Shown: piece by piece, positions 1 through 11,703 of the stretch
How positions within the stretch are numbered: position 1 is the first letter of the stretch
Layout of the letters: the number at the start of each line of letters is the position of its first letter
DNA from: an uncultured delta proteobacterium
GTDB taxonomy: Bacteria > Desulfobacterota > Desulfobacteria > Desulfobacterales > JAFDCJ01
Length of the DNA stretch: 64,000 nt
Reading direction: 5' to 3'
NCBI GenBank assembly: GCA_963769935.1
Contig: CAVYNY010000001.1
Coordinates: 1 to 64,000 of the forward strand
Made by a program: the position numbers and the translations under genes
Notes under the pieces: generated by a model
Database searches by the model: none
What the model was told of the DNA's origin: nothing
Seen by the model: the letters and a program-made list of their open reading frames with translations, nothing else

Positions 1-205
1 TTATGCTGATACCTTGGCATTTCATATTGCTTAGTGCGTGACAAATTAAGATTACGTTTGTACCATCATCATTTAGTTCACCATAGGATTGATAAGCAAC
101 CCGAACATTTGATAATGAATTACCGCAATCTAAATTTAAAGGACGAACTTCGCTGAAGAGCTCAACGAAATTCGTCTTTGCAATTATTTCTTTTGCTTTA
201 TTCAT
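1..205 (-). pseudogene. metX: Homoserine O-acetyltransferase N-terminal fragment (frameshifted, runs off the window edge)
   Basis: Manual translation gives MNKAKEIIAKTNFVELFSEVRPLNLDCGNSLSNVRVAY, then after a frame change SYGELNDDGTNVILICHAL, the typical MetX N-terminus. It lies directly downstream of metY. The indels may be sequencing errors. Confidence 0.75.
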
Positions 206-266
206 AGTATGCTTTTTATTAGCGTATAAATTACATAAAGAAATCTAATTTTATCTTATTCTATTC

Positions 267-936
<670 letters not shown>

Positions 937-940
<4 letters not shown>

Positions 941-1929
941 ACCCTTTCTCCAATAACCACGGCAGCCTCTTTCTTTTCACTTTGGACAGTACGCCAACGG
1001 TTGAAAACCACTGCTGCCAGGATAAGAAGTCCGAGGAAAAAATCCATATAATAGGGGTTGGTGCGTGCTATGAACAGCCCATTTTCCAGCAACAGAATCA
1101 TAACGACGGCGATCATTGTTCCGACAACGGAAACATGACCTCCCGCAAGTATGGCACCACCGATAACCGGAGCGGCAAAGGATGGCAGCAGCCACACCGC
1201 GCCGATAGTTGGTTCGGCTGTGCCAAGGCGGGCTACGGAAACAACGCCGGCAAGCGCGCCAAGCGTGCCGGAAACAGTGTGCGCAACCAAGGTGGTCTTG
1301 CGCACAGAAATGCCGGAAAGTTCAGCGGCGGCCGGATTACCGCCGACTGCCAGAATATAGCGACCCCAGGGGTGGCGAAAGAGAAATAATGCAACCAGCG
1401 TCGCGGTAACCAGCGGTATGAACACGATATTGGGTATGGGACCGAGATAACTATCATACCAAACGATCAGCTGCTTAGGCATGTGGTAAAAGGGGATCGA
1501 TTCGGTAATGCCGTAATTGAGTCCGGTATAAATCGACATCGTGGCCAGCGTAATGATAAATCCGTTGATTCCGGTAAAAGCGATTAAGGCACCATTGATA
1601 AAGCCGCATGCAACGCCGATCAGCAAACCAATGAGTGCGGCTGCCGGGACCGGAACACCATAGACTTCCATCATGCCGCCGAATAGAATGCCTACCAACC
1701 CACCAATGGCCCCAACAGCCAGGTTCATCTGCCCGAGACCGATAACAATCATCTGGGCCATAGCGACGATGCTGGTCACCGACAGAATCCGCAGCATAAC
1801 AAACAGATTCGTTCGGGTAAGAAAAGCCGGTGCAATTAGCGAGAGGATGATGATGGATAAGAGTGTGACACCGAGAATCGGCAGCCACTCGATCTTGGCC
1901 AACAAGCTGGAATAGTTAATTCTTTTCAT
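937..1929 (-). CDS. Sugar ABC transporter permease (RbsC/BPD_transp_2 family)
   Basis: Hydrophobic protein with the GRYILAVGGNPAAAELSGI motif. Start taken at MKRINY, which gives a TAATG overlap with the upstream gene. Confidence 0.9.
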
Positions 1930-2939
1930 TATGTTAAACCTATGCGGTGTGCATAGTAGCTCCTCCACCGGTCGAGACCGACAGCGATTAAAAGCGTCAT
2001 ACCCAGATAAAATTGGACCCAGAAACTGCCGACTTTAAGCAGGACGAGGCCATTTTGCAGGATCGTTACCAGGATCGCACCCAGCAGGGTGCCGATGACC
2101 GATACATACCCTCCGATAAGGAGTGTGCCGCCTAACAGCGGCGCCAAAAACGAGGGTAATAACCAGTCCGCGCCGACCGACGGCAGTGCGGCGGCAAGGC
2201 GCGCCGTGACCATAACCCCGGCAATACCCGCAAGCAAACCCGACAATGTATGGGCCACGATAATTGCGCGCTTTACCGGAACACCGGACATTTCGGCCGC
2301 CAATGGATTCGCACCACTGGCCAGAATCTGCCGCCCAATCACGGAATACTTGAAGAGGATCAACAGCGCTGCGGAGACGAAACCGGTTACGAAAAGCATG
2401 GAAGAGTAAGGGCCCAGGAAGCGTTGCTTGCCAAGGACGTTGAATGCTGCCGGAAGATTGCGGAAGGCCTCGGCTTTGGTGAGAATCAGCATCAAACCAA
2501 AAAAAAGGCTGGCGGTGGCCAGGGTGATGACGAAACTGTGGATGCCGGTTTTTACCACCAGCATTCCGTTCAGCCATCCCATGACAGCGCCAGTTACCAG
2601 GCCACCCGCTATGGAAACGGGAATCGGAAGGCCCAGTCCCTCGAGCAAATAACCGGTGGCCATGATTGCACTTACACCAATTGAACCAACCGCAAGGTTA
2701 AAATGGCCGCAGGCCAGAACGACCATCATGGCAAAGCCGATCACCGTGTCGATAGCCAGATTCCGGGTCAGGGCGAATAGGTTGAAGGGCGATAGAAAAC
2801 CTGGCGACAGGCTGGTGATAATAGTTGAGAGTAATAAAATGATGATCGCAAGGCCGCCTACATTGGCGGCGCGAATGATGAACGCGCCGAAATAAAGTTT
2901 GGATGCCGGCGGCTTCGGGGTAGTAGCTGCTTCTGACAT
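1929..2939 (-). CDS. Sugar ABC transporter permease (RbsC family)
   Basis: GRQILASGANPLAAEMSGV motif and multiple transmembrane segments. Confidence 0.9.
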   Translation of the reverse strand: MSEAATTPKPPASKLYFGAFIIRAANVGGLAIIILLLSTIITSLSPGFLSPFNLFALTRNLAIDTVIGFAMMVVLACGHFNLAVGSIGVSAIMATGYLLEGLGLPIPVSIAGGLVTGAVMGWLNGMLVVKTGIHSFVITLATASLFFGLMLILTKAEAFRNLPAAFNVLGKQRFLGPYSSMLFVTGFVSAALLILFKYSVIGRQILASGANPLAAEMSGVPVKRAIIVAHTLSGLLAGIAGVMVTARLAAALPSVGADWLLPSFLAPLLGGTLLIGGYVSVIGTLLGAILVTILQNGLVLLKVGSFWVQFYLGMTLLIAVGLDRWRSYYAHRIGLT

Positions 2940-3025
2940 AGTTCACATTGTCTGATCGGCTTGGCCCGGTTAAACTGGAATTGAATATTCAATCTTCAAT
3001 CGAAAATCTTGGATCATTTATTGGG

Positions 3026-3056
3026 ACTCACCCGCCCATTATATGGGCGGGCGAGT
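3026..3056. other. Intercistronic stem-loop between binding-protein and permease genes
   Basis: ACTCACCCGCCCAT-TAT-ATGGGCGGGCGAGT is a near-perfect inverted repeat, at the usual position for an mRNA-stabilising hairpin. Confidence 0.55.
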
Positions 3057-3069
3057 AGATTCCTGTTGA

Positions 3070-4128
3070 TTATTCACAGGTCAGATATTTGGCTTCGAAC
3101 GAACCGATGATATCTTTGGCAATTTTCTTCAGTTCGTCCTTGTAGGTGTCGATATTATCGGCGGTGATGAGCAGCGTACCGGAATCGATGAATGTTTTGT
3201 TTTGAGCCGTTTCCTGGAACGGCGCATTGGCCTTGATCTTGCAGCCTTCGTGGAGTCGTTTCAGCACGAAGGAAGCAATATAGCCCTGCCCATAGGGGTT
3301 CTGAGCCATGGTGCCCTGCAAAAAGCCGTCCTTAATCGCCTGGAGGACGATGGGGTCATCGTCGATGCCGATCATCTTGATCCGTTTGTCCCCCATATTG
3401 CGCAGAGACCGCGCCGCAATGACGGAAGAAACATAACCGGTCGAGATAATCCCATCAATTTCGGCCGCCTTGGCGGCGAGCAAACCGTTAATCTTCTGAT
3501 CGCCGGTTTCCTGGCTGTCGGTATCGGGCAGATGCATATACAATTTAACGGCGGGTCCCGCTTCTGCAATAGCCTTGTCAATGGCGGCGATGCGTAAAAC
3601 GGTATTTGGGTCAACCAGGCGGGAGCAGACGTGCAGGATGCTGCCCTTGCCGCCCATTTCTTTGATCAATTGCTTGGTGCCAATGTAAACTGAACGGTAA
3701 ACGTCAGTGGCGAGGCAGAACTGAGCAGGACTTGGACTTTGGGTGCAGCCGCCGATAGCAACGGAAGGGGCACCGAAGTCGAGCAGTTCCTGCATCATGG
3801 CATTGGTACCCGTGGCATCGCCGGGGAAGATACCGAACGCATTGTAACCCTGGGCGGCAAGGCTTTCAAGCAGCTTGTTCTGCAAATCCAATTTCCATTC
3901 CTGCGGCACCTTGTAATCATCCGCCGCAAGGTTAAAATCTTTTTTGGCGTCCGCTGCTGCCTGTTCCCAGGGAGCAAAGAACGGGTGAGGGCCGCCCGGA
4001 ACCAGGGCCACCTTAACATCAGCGGCGTTAGCCGAAGGTGATAACATGGCGCCGATTCCAAAAAAGGCTGCCAGACTGAGCGCAATTAAAATGGCCTTGA
4101 TTTTTTTAACTTTGAAAATACGAATCAT
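3070..4128 (-). CDS. Sugar ABC transporter substrate-binding protein (RbsB-like)
   Basis: Signal peptide ending ANA-A, plus IGIDDD and QNPYGQG motifs. GAGGA RBS. Confidence 0.9.
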   Translation of the reverse strand: MIRIFKVKKIKAILIALSLAAFFGIGAMLSPSANAADVKVALVPGGPHPFFAPWEQAAADAKKDFNLAADDYKVPQEWKLDLQNKLLESLAAQGYNAFGIFPGDATGTNAMMQELLDFGAPSVAIGGCTQSPSPAQFCLATDVYRSVYIGTKQLIKEMGGKGSILHVCSRLVDPNTVLRIAAIDKAIAEAGPAVKLYMHLPDTDSQETGDQKINGLLAAKAAEIDGIISTGYVSSVIAARSLRNMGDKRIKMIGIDDDPIVLQAIKDGFLQGTMAQNPYGQGYIASFVLKRLHEGCKIKANAPFQETAQNKTFIDSGTLLITADNIDTYKDELKKIAKDIIGSFEAKYLTCE

Positions 4129-4211
4129 GGTGGTTTCCTCCTCTAACTTGAAGTGGGTTGAAGATGGACAGGGTGGCGGGGCGCCGTGGATGCCGGGTCA
4201 CCGAGTCGTTG

Positions 4212-4227
4212 GATCAATATTCTGAAC
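4212..4227. promoter_or_regulatory. Putative IclR operator upstream of the ABC operon
   Basis: GATCAATATTCTGAAC matches GTTCATCATTCTGAAC at 5275. A TTGACA lies on the minus strand at 4259-4264. Confidence 0.5.
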
Positions 4228-4317
4228 GCTGTTCAAGATAGTAGATTATAAAACGGCTTGTCAACACTTATTTTAAAATTAGGCCGCAGGCTGAAAAAAT
4301 GGGTGAAATCGTAATTA

Positions 4318-5088
4318 TTAATTGAAAAGTTTAGGCCCCTGAAAACCGAGGCGGCGGGATAAATTTAAGACTGCCTCCTGGAGCAATGATCCTAGCTTTT
4401 CAAGGCGGCTGGAATTCATCCGCGAGGAGTGGCTGACAACACTGATGGCGGCGGCCGGCTCGCCCGTCGATCCGAAAACCGGGGCGGCAATGCAGGAAAT
4501 ATCGGGAAAAAGCTCCCGGTCGTCAATGGCGAAACCGCGTTTGCGGGTGCTTTTTAAATCCGCCATGAGTTGGTCCCGGCTTTGGATGGTAAAATCGGTA
4601 AAGCGCTCAAAAGGTTCCTCGCCGATGATCTCCATCACCTTGTCATCCGGCAGAGAGGCCAGGATGGCCTTGCCCAGGGCCGTGCAGTGGATGGGGCCTC
4701 TGGTGCCGGGATTAACGCTCAGCCGCAACAGAGAGGGTCCCATGACCTGGTCGAGGTACACAATCTCATTCCCATCGTATGTTGCCATGAACACCGACTC
4801 ACCGGACTTTGAGCTCAGATCTTCCAGGATGGATTCGGCTTCCCGCCTTAAATCCAAGCGGGCAAACGCCGGCAGCGCCAGCTCAAAAAAACGAATACCC
4901 AGCCGATAGGTCTTGGATCTGCTGATTTCCAGGATCCGGAGTTCGAACAGCGTCTGAATAATCTGGTGTGTGGTGCTTTTGGGAATTTTCAGAGCATGGC
5001 TGATTTCGGTAATTGTCAACGGCTGTGAACTGCCGGCGATAAGATGCAGGATTTCAATGGTACGAACTGTGGATCTATTGGTATTCAT
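4318..5088 (-). CDS. IclR family transcriptional regulator
   Basis: N-terminal HTH (ITEISHALKIPKSTTHQI), HCTALGKAILA, and CIAAPVF. Confidence 0.95.
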   Translation of the reverse strand: MNTNRSTVRTIEILHLIAGSSQPLTITEISHALKIPKSTTHQIIQTLFELRILEISRSKTYRLGIRFFELALPAFARLDLRREAESILEDLSSKSGESVFMATYDGNEIVYLDQVMGPSLLRLSVNPGTRGPIHCTALGKAILASLPDDKVMEIIGEEPFERFTDFTIQSRDQLMADLKSTRKRGFAIDDRELFPDISCIAAPVFGSTGEPAAAISVVSHSSRMNSSRLEKLGSLLQEAVLNLSRRLGFQGPKLFN

Positions 5089-5274
5089 AGACTATTCCGT
5101 ATTTTTAAAAAGGAGCCGGTCTTAGTAAAAAGTTCCATGAATACAGTAACGTAAAATCGGAGGAATGGATTCGGATTGAAAAAAAATATCCCGGCGATTA
5201 CGTCACCGTAATTATGAATAGAAGCACTTGGGCTCCGGTTTTAGACCGGGTTTAAAATCATCATTATGATCTTG

Positions 5275-5290
5275 GTTCATCATTCTGAAC
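5275..5290. promoter_or_regulatory. Putative IclR autoregulatory operator
   Basis: GTTCA-N6-TGAAC palindrome overlapping the expected -10 of a TTGACA (5305-5310, minus strand) promoter. Confidence 0.5.
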
Positions 5291-5343
5291 AATTTAAACA
5301 CATTTGTCAAGAGGTGAGTTGTTCTTATTTAGAAAAGTTTGGC

Positions 5344-5473
5344 GGCTGGGAAGCTGGGAAGAGAAAAGGCCGGCAAGCTCGGAAGCATCAGGAATTCGAT
5401 CGATTTTTGATGCGGCAAAATTTTATATTCAATTTTCAGCCTCCCAGACTCCCGGCTTCCTCGCTTCCCAGCC
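5344..5473. repeat. Inverted pair of 8-bp-period arrays (CTGGGAAG / CTTCCCAG)
   Basis: The left arm ggctgggaagctgggaag is answered by a right arm ending cttcccagcc. Confidence 0.7.
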
Positions 5474-5480
5474 CATAAGG

Positions 5481-5720
5481 TTACCCCCCGAATATCGGTT
5501 GAAACACCTTGACAACGGCTTTTTCCGGAATGGTATCGGCGGAATTTACCGGGTGCCCATTCACTGTTACCATCCCGACCTTGGAGCCTGGAATTCCCAG
5601 ATATTCAATCAGGGCCGCCGTATCGGTATGGTCCGGCAGCTCCAGCTCAAGCCCAGTTGCGGGGTCATAATTCGACAGGTATTTCATTAAGGTTCCGTGA
5701 ACCTTGATTGTGATTTTCAT
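5481..5720 (-). CDS. MoaD/ThiS family sulfur carrier
   Basis: 79 aa ubiquitin-like protein ending in GG, 3 nt downstream of the AOR gene. Confidence 0.9.
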   Translation of the reverse strand: MKITIKVHGTLMKYLSNYDPATGLELELPDHTDTAALIEYLGIPGSKVGMVTVNGHPVNSADTIPEKAVVKVFQPIFGG

Positions 5721-5723
5721 CGT

Positions 5724-7451
5724 TTAAAAATCAAACGTCGAATCCATCTGCTCATCGCTTATAATGACGACCTTGTTGGTCGGCGGCAGGGGTTCTTCAT
5801 AAAACATCTTCGGCAGCCGGTCATCCTTGTCCGTAAATCCGGCGTTGCGGTTGAATTCGCGTTCGGCCTTTAAAACTCTCATACCCAGCGCCTTCCAGTC
5901 GTTGGCATCGAACGGCTTGCCGGATTTGGCCGCAATCATCTGGTAGACATTCGCGATGCCTTCCGGCGTTGCCAGGCCGGACTGGGCAAAGTCGCAGATG
6001 CCGACGCTGTCCACGGCGGCCATGTGAATCTGGGCCGTGCGCGAAGCTTCCACCTGCCCCTTGTCTGAAAAGCGGTCCAGTTTGCCGCCGAAGGCCTCCA
6101 GGTTTTTATCCACCACCCAGCCGGCCGTGTGGTCGCCCCCCATGGGGCTGGTGGCGTAGGTCACGGCCATACCCTGTATCGCCCGGGGGTCATAGGCCGC
6201 CATACTTTGTCCTTTCATGACCGGTACCCGGTCATGCTTGAAGTGGGCTCCCACGGCGGACGGTCCGTTGCCGATGATTTTACCGAACTCGGTCCCGGCG
6301 GCTACCTCTTCAACCATCGCAATCGCCGCCTGACCATCGCCGAATTTCTTATAGCCGGCATCCATGGCCACGGCGATGGCCACCCCCGTGCTCATGGTAT
6401 CCAGCCCGATATCGTCGCACAGAAAGTCGAGCCGGGCTATAGCGTCCAGATCGCCGTTTCCGATCATCCCGCCCATGGCCCAGATCGTTTCGTATTCGAG
6501 CGAAGAGGTGACATACCGGCCGTCTTTGTCCACAAATTCATTGGAGCAGTCGATGATGCATTGGGCGCAGCCTTTGTGGGTGGTTTTGCCGCCGCGCTCC
6601 TTGATAATTCTTGCCATGGTTTCGCCGCTGATTTTGTCGGCCTGTTCAAACTGTCCCAGACGCGCGTTGCAGGTGGGAAAAGCACCGGCGGCATTGATCG
6701 GCTCCACCAGGACGGCTGTTCCTAAAGCCGGCAGTACTTCGCCGCTGAATTCATCGGCCTTGACCGCCCTGGCGTAGGCCTGGGAGGCTTCTTTAAAGGC
6801 GGTTGGATCGGCAAGTGGATCGGCGGACCTGCCGCCGCGCGCCACGATGAGCGCCTTAAGCCCCTTTGATCCCATAACCGCTCCCAGCCCGCCGCGTCCG
6901 GCTGCCCGGCAGGGACGACCGTCAAGATCCGTCGTCTGGATCGAAGCGGCCTTCAATTGGAAATCACCGGCCGGCCCGATACAGGTGATACTGTTCTTGT
7001 CGCCGAATTCTGCATTCAGCTTTGCCACCAGGGCGTAAGTTCGCATTCCTTTGTAGGGTCCGGCATCCAGCAGCGCAGCCTCGCCGGCGGCATCAATTTT
7101 GAGAAAATAATATTGGTCTTCAGCCGCCCGGCCTTCAACGATCACGGCCGTGATCCCAAGATTGGCCAGCGCGGCGGAAACCGTGCCGCCCACATTGCTC
7201 TCCTTGATCCCGCCGGTCAGCGGGCTTTTGGCCCCGACCGACAGCCGGCTGGTATTGATCAGCGGAGTGCCGCTCAGGTAGCCGGGGGCAAAAACAAGTT
7301 TGTTATCCGGCCCCAGGGCATCACAGGCGGCCGGCACTTCATTTTTGATCAGATTGGATGTCAACCCGCGCCCACCCAGCCCGGCATATTCTGCCGGAAC
7401 GTCCTGCCTATCGATGCTTTTGTCGGTTAAATTTACCCTAAGAAATTTCAT
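5724..7451 (-). CDS. aor: Aldehyde:ferredoxin oxidoreductase (tungstopterin AOR family)
   Basis: KSPLTGGIKESN, AGRGGLGAVMGSKGLKA, CxxCxxxC, EYET and DDIGLD motifs. Confidence 0.93.
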   Translation of the reverse strand: MKFLRVNLTDKSIDRQDVPAEYAGLGGRGLTSNLIKNEVPAACDALGPDNKLVFAPGYLSGTPLINTSRLSVGAKSPLTGGIKESNVGGTVSAALANLGITAVIVEGRAAEDQYYFLKIDAAGEAALLDAGPYKGMRTYALVAKLNAEFGDKNSITCIGPAGDFQLKAASIQTTDLDGRPCRAAGRGGLGAVMGSKGLKALIVARGGRSADPLADPTAFKEASQAYARAVKADEFSGEVLPALGTAVLVEPINAAGAFPTCNARLGQFEQADKISGETMARIIKERGGKTTHKGCAQCIIDCSNEFVDKDGRYVTSSLEYETIWAMGGMIGNGDLDAIARLDFLCDDIGLDTMSTGVAIAVAMDAGYKKFGDGQAAIAMVEEVAAGTEFGKIIGNGPSAVGAHFKHDRVPVMKGQSMAAYDPRAIQGMAVTYATSPMGGDHTAGWVVDKNLEAFGGKLDRFSDKGQVEASRTAQIHMAAVDSVGICDFAQSGLATPEGIANVYQMIAAKSGKPFDANDWKALGMRVLKAEREFNRNAGFTDKDDRLPKMFYEEPLPPTNKVVIISDEQMDSTFDF

Positions 7452-7635
7452 GCGTTCTCCTTTCCTACTAAGCCCAGCATAAATTAATAAACATAAATGA
7501 AATTAAAATGGAAAACAAACCTTCACCTTGCGCCGAAGGCCCTACGCCGAATGCCATTTCGAAATTATTAAAACCATGGTGGCTGACCGGGACATCTTTT
7601 ATGTCCTCTTAATTATGGCCTTCTCTGTAACTCCC

Positions 7636-8451
7636 TCATTTTCCGGCGCCCTCGACACTCTCCGTGCCCCGGGTGACATAATAGGCAACCAGAATCGGAA
7701 TAAATGTTACGGCCATGATAAATACGGCGACAACATTGGTTACGGGCCGCTGTCGTGGCCTTACCAATTCTGTCAGCATCCAAATCGGCAGCGTTGCCTG
7801 TTGCCCGGCCGTAAAGGTCGTAACGATGACCTCGTCAAAGCTGAGGGCAAACGCCAGCATGCCCCCCGCCAGCAATGCGGTTGCCAGATTGGGCAAAATG
7901 ACATAGCGGAAAGTTTGGAATCCGTTGGCCCCCAGATCCATGGATGCTTCTATCAGCGAGGACGATATGCGCCGGAACCGTGCCAGCGCATTATTGTACA
8001 CAACGACGATGCAGAAGGTGGCATGCCCCAGAACAATCGTCCAGAAACTAAACGGTATATTGCCGATATTAAAAGCGCTCCTCAGAGAAATACCGGTGAT
8101 AATCCCGGGCAGAGCAATCGGCAGTAGTATCAGCAAAGAAATGGTTTCGCGTCCGAAAAATTTTTTCTTGTGAATGGCTCCCGCGGCGAGCGTTCCCAGC
8201 AAAATAGCAATCACAGTTGAAACGGCGGCCACTCTTACCGACAGGCTGACGGCGTCCCAGATATCCTGCCGGCTCCAGGCCACCGCAAACCATTTGGCGG
8301 TCAGCCCCGGCGGTGGAAACTGGTAGGATTTATCCTCGGTTGAAAAGGCATACAGTAGAATAAATCCAAACGGCACGTGCAGAAAAAGAAGCCCGCCCAG
8401 CGCAGCCAATTTTATCGCAAGCGGTGAGCCGCCTTTTTTGTTAGAGCGCAT
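7636..8451 (-). CDS. ydcV: Polyamine-type ABC permease (PotC/YdcV-like)
   Basis: EASMDLGA loop and [11 protein letters not shown]. Position in the operon fits. Confidence 0.88.
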   Translation of the reverse strand: MRSNKKGGSPLAIKLAALGGLLFLHVPFGFILLYAFSTEDKSYQFPPPGLTAKWFAVAWSRQDIWDAVSLSVRVAAVSTVIAILLGTLAAGAIHKKKFFGRETISLLILLPIALPGIITGISLRSAFNIGNIPFSFWTIVLGHATFCIVVVYNNALARFRRISSSLIEASMDLGANGFQTFRYVILPNLATALLAGGMLAFALSFDEVIVTTFTAGQQATLPIWMLTELVRPRQRPVTNVVAVFIMAVTFIPILVAYYVTRGTESVEGAGK

Positions 8452-9397
8452 CGAAGGCTCCCAATTTTTTGGCTGCGGCCAGGTAAAACGCCATGATAAT
8501 TATCGGCACGACGGAAAATGCCGCGGCCAGCGGGATGTTGCCGGCAATTCCCTGGTGGGCATAGACGGCCTGGCCGATGAAAAACCGCGAGGAGCCGATA
8601 ATTCCGGGAATAATATAATCTCCCAGGGTTAGGGAGAACGTAAAAATAGAACCGGCCACGACCCCGGGAAAGGCCAGGGGCAGGATGACCTTGCGAAAGG
8701 TTTGACCCGGTTTGGCGCCCAGGTCGGAGGACACTTCGATCAGGGAAGCCGGGACCCGCTCCAGCGATGCCTGGATCGGCAGGACCATATACGGCATCCA
8801 GATATACAAAAAGACCAGGAAGGTTCCCAGATAGCTGACCGACAGGGAAGTCCCGCCAATCACCGGCAGGGATAAAACACCGTCCATAAGCCACATCAGG
8901 TGCAGTTTATCAAACACCCAGTTTAAAATACCTTCTTTGGCTAAAATAAGTTTCCAGGAGTAGACTCTGACTAAATAACTGGACCATAAAGGCAGCATGA
9001 CCGCCAGGTAAAGAAGGGCTTTGACCCGGCCGCGGGCGTAGCGGGACATATAAAAAGCGATGGGAAACGCGATCAGGGCGGAAGTAAAAGTTACGGATGC
9101 TGCCATGAGAACGGTTCGCAGGACGATATCCATATTCGCGGGCGTGAACAGGTCCAGATAGGTTCGCAGGGTGAGCTGATACCTGATAAGGCCGGTGAAC
9201 TCATCAATCGAGAAGAAACTTTGCATCAACAATGCAAAAAGCGCTCCCAGATAGATGACGCCCAGCCACAGGATCGGCGGGATTAAAAGCAGCACGAGCA
9301 ACAGCAGCGGGTGGCTGTACAGAAAGGTCGACAGCCTGCTTGCCGGGGACTGCGGTTGTCCCAATCCATAAGGTAAGGCTAAAGAATCGCTGCGCAT
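8441..9397 (-). CDS. ydcU: Polyamine-type ABC permease (PotB/YdcU-like)
   Basis: [13 protein letters not shown] and the EAA loop EVSSDLGA. Confidence 0.88.
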   Translation of the reverse strand: MRSDSLALPYGLGQPQSPASRLSTFLYSHPLLLLVLLLIPPILWLGVIYLGALFALLMQSFFSIDEFTGLIRYQLTLRTYLDLFTPANMDIVLRTVLMAASVTFTSALIAFPIAFYMSRYARGRVKALLYLAVMLPLWSSYLVRVYSWKLILAKEGILNWVFDKLHLMWLMDGVLSLPVIGGTSLSVSYLGTFLVFLYIWMPYMVLPIQASLERVPASLIEVSSDLGAKPGQTFRKVILPLAFPGVVAGSIFTFSLTLGDYIIPGIIGSSRFFIGQAVYAHQGIAGNIPLAAAFSVVPIIIMAFYLAAAKKLGAFDAL

Positions 9398-9408
9398 GGT
9401 TTCAACCC

Positions 9409-10440
9409 TTAGCCGCTGAAATAGCGAATGTCCTTTTTGTTCCAGCAGATCCGTTTCGACATGCCCGCCTCGATGCCCCCGTACGGACTGTGGTTCATTT
9501 CGCTGGAATTCTGCTGCACCAGAATTATATTGCTGCCGACTTCCAAGGCCAGCGTATAACGCGTGCTGGCGCCGAGATAGTGGATGTCCGTGATTATGCC
9601 TTCAGCCATACATACCTCACCGTCAACCGCCTCATCTGCATGATGAAACTGAATTCTTTCAGGTCGAATCGAATAGGACTTTTTTTCACCGTTCAGCCGA
9701 AATGCCAGGTCGGCATCGATGATATTGGCATCTCCCACGAAATCGGCCACAAATTTCGAGGCCGGGTGTTCATAGATCCCGGCGGGGGTTCCGATCTGTT
9801 CGATTTTCCCATCCTTGAACACCGCCAGGCGATCACTCATGGACAGGGCTTCATCCTGATCATGGGTAACGTAAATAAAGGTAATGCCTACCTGGCGCTG
9901 GAGCGCTTTCAGCTCGACCTGCATCTGTTTTCTGAGTTTCAGATCCAGGGCCCCTAAAGGTTCATCCAGCAGGAGCACCCGTGGTTCATTGATCAGCGCT
10001 CTGGCCAGTGCGACCCGCTGCCGCTGGCCCCCCGAAAGCTGCGATGGGTATCGCAACCCCATATTGCCCAGCTTGACGATATCTAACATTGCGTTGGCTT
10101 TTTGATGGTAAACCTTTTTAGGGATGCCCTTAACCATCAGTCCATAGGAAACATTTTTCAAAACCGTCATGTGAGGAAACAGGGCGTAATCCTGAAAGAC
10201 GGTATTAACATTTCTTTCGTAGGGCGGAATATTCTCCGTCGGGGCGCCGTGGATCATTATTTTGCCGGAAATGGGCTTTTCGAACCCGGCAATCAGCCGC
10301 AGGCTGGTGGTTTTGCCGGAGCCGGACGGGCCGAGCATCGCAAAAAACTCGCCGTCGGCAACCTCAAAGCTGACATTATCAACCGCACGCACCTCACCAT
10401 AATACCGGCAGACATTCTGAAATGAGACAGCAGGTTCCAT
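9409..10440 (-). CDS. ydcT: Polyamine-type ABC ATPase (PotA/YdcT-like)
   Basis: Walker A GPSGSGKT, signature LSGGQRQR, Walker B LLLDEP. Start placed at MEPAVSF after an AGGAG. Confidence 0.92.
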   Translation of the reverse strand: MEPAVSFQNVCRYYGEVRAVDNVSFEVADGEFFAMLGPSGSGKTTSLRLIAGFEKPISGKIMIHGAPTENIPPYERNVNTVFQDYALFPHMTVLKNVSYGLMVKGIPKKVYHQKANAMLDIVKLGNMGLRYPSQLSGGQRQRVALARALINEPRVLLLDEPLGALDLKLRKQMQVELKALQRQVGITFIYVTHDQDEALSMSDRLAVFKDGKIEQIGTPAGIYEHPASKFVADFVGDANIIDADLAFRLNGEKKSYSIRPERIQFHHADEAVDGEVCMAEGIITDIHYLGASTRYTLALEVGSNIILVQQNSSEMNHSPYGGIEAGMSKRICWNKKDIRYFSG

Positions 10441-10536
10441 CTTATCTGAAAGCACTCCTGATCCGTCATGAGCAATGACGCCGTTGGCCGATGGCGCAGC
10501 AAATATATCCAAAAGTCATTTGTAAAAGTTTCAGAA

Positions 10537-11703
10537 TCAACGGCCGCCAAGGATGGCAATATAATCGGTCACCCAGCGATAATAGGGAACGCAATTCCCC
10601 TGGCTTTGGCACTTTGACACCGGCGTTTTCCAGAAGCTGATTCTTGCAAATTCATCCAGTCCATTTACCGAACAACCATCCTCACCCAGCAGTTTATTGC
10701 CTTGGCAGGCATCCAACCGGACAGGAACCGAACCGAACCAAGCCGCCAGGTCGCCCTGCAGCTTCTTGTTGAGAGACCATTCCAACCACTTGTAGGCGCA
10801 GTTGGGGTGCGGCGCATCCGCATGCATCATGGTTGTATCTGCCCACCCGGTAGCACCCTCGACCGGTACCACGCTGGAAATCGGTTGATTTTTTGAGCGT
10901 AAGATGTTGACCTGAAAGGGCCAGGCGGATGATGCCACCACGCCTTCATTTGTGAAGTCGTCGATTTGGATAAAGGGATCGTGCCAGTAGCGGTTGACTA
11001 TTTTGCGTTGCCCGCGCAGCAATTCCAGCGCTGCTTTATACTGATCCTCATTCAGTTCATAAGGATCCTTGATTCCCAATTCCGGGCGGTGATATTTCAG
11101 GTAGAGCGCGGCATCGGCGATATAAATCGGACCGTCGAAAGCCTGGACCCGGCCTTTGTTGGATTTGCCGTCCGGCAGCGTCATCGGCTCAAAGACCACG
11201 TTCCAGCTGGTCGGCTTTGCTTTGAATACTTCGGTATTAAACATCAAAACATTGGAGCCCCACTGATACGGCACGCCGTAATGTTTCCCGTCGACGGTAT
11301 GCCAGGGAGCGTTCTGCAGACGCGGGTCGATCTTGTCCCAGCTGGGTATTAATTTGGTATTAATTTCCTGAACCCGCTTGCCGGCAACCAGTCGGAGGCT
11401 GGCATCGCCGGAGGCCGTCACCAGGTCGAAGCCGCCCTCGTTCATCAGAGCAACCATTTCATCCGAAGTTCCGGCATTTTTGACGCGAACCTTGCAGTCA
11501 CACTGCTTTTCAAACTCTGTTACCCAATCGAAGTTGGGATCGGTTTCCCCCCTTTCAATGTAGCCCGGCCAGGCGACAATATCGACATAGCCTTCGAGCT
11601 GACCGATTTTTTGAAGGCCGGCGGCGACCGCCGCACCACTCAAACTGAAAGCGAAAAATATTACGATTGCAATTAATATCGGTTTGCGCATCCCATTTGA
11701 CAT
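10537..11703 (-). CDS. ydcS: ABC substrate-binding protein, YdcS-like
   Basis: AWPGYIERGETD, DLVTASGDASLRL, DGKSNKGRVQAFDGPIYIADAAL and the C-terminal YIAILGGR closely resemble E. coli YdcS as I recall it. Signal peptide present. Confidence 0.9.
   Translation of the reverse strand: MSNGMRKPILIAIVIFFAFSLSGAAVAAGLQKIGQLEGYVDIVAWPGYIERGETDPNFDWVTEFEKQCDCKVRVKNAGTSDEMVALMNEGGFDLVTASGDASLRLVAGKRVQEINTKLIPSWDKIDPRLQNAPWHTVDGKHYGVPYQWGSNVLMFNTEVFKAKPTSWNVVFEPMTLPDGKSNKGRVQAFDGPIYIADAALYLKYHRPELGIKDPYELNEDQYKAALELLRGQRKIVNRYWHDPFIQIDDFTNEGVVASSAWPFQVNILRSKNQPISSVVPVEGATGWADTTMMHADAPHPNCAYKWLEWSLNKKLQGDLAAWFGSVPVRLDACQGNKLLGEDGCSVNGLDEFARISFWKTPVSKCQSQGNCVPYYRWVTDYIAILGGR

Noticed and set aside
7452..7635. 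Possible Moco/Wco riboswitch upstream of aor
   Set aside because: Only a small hairpin (GGACAT..ATGTCC) is visible and I recognise no conserved aptamer features. An Infernal search would be needed to exclude it.
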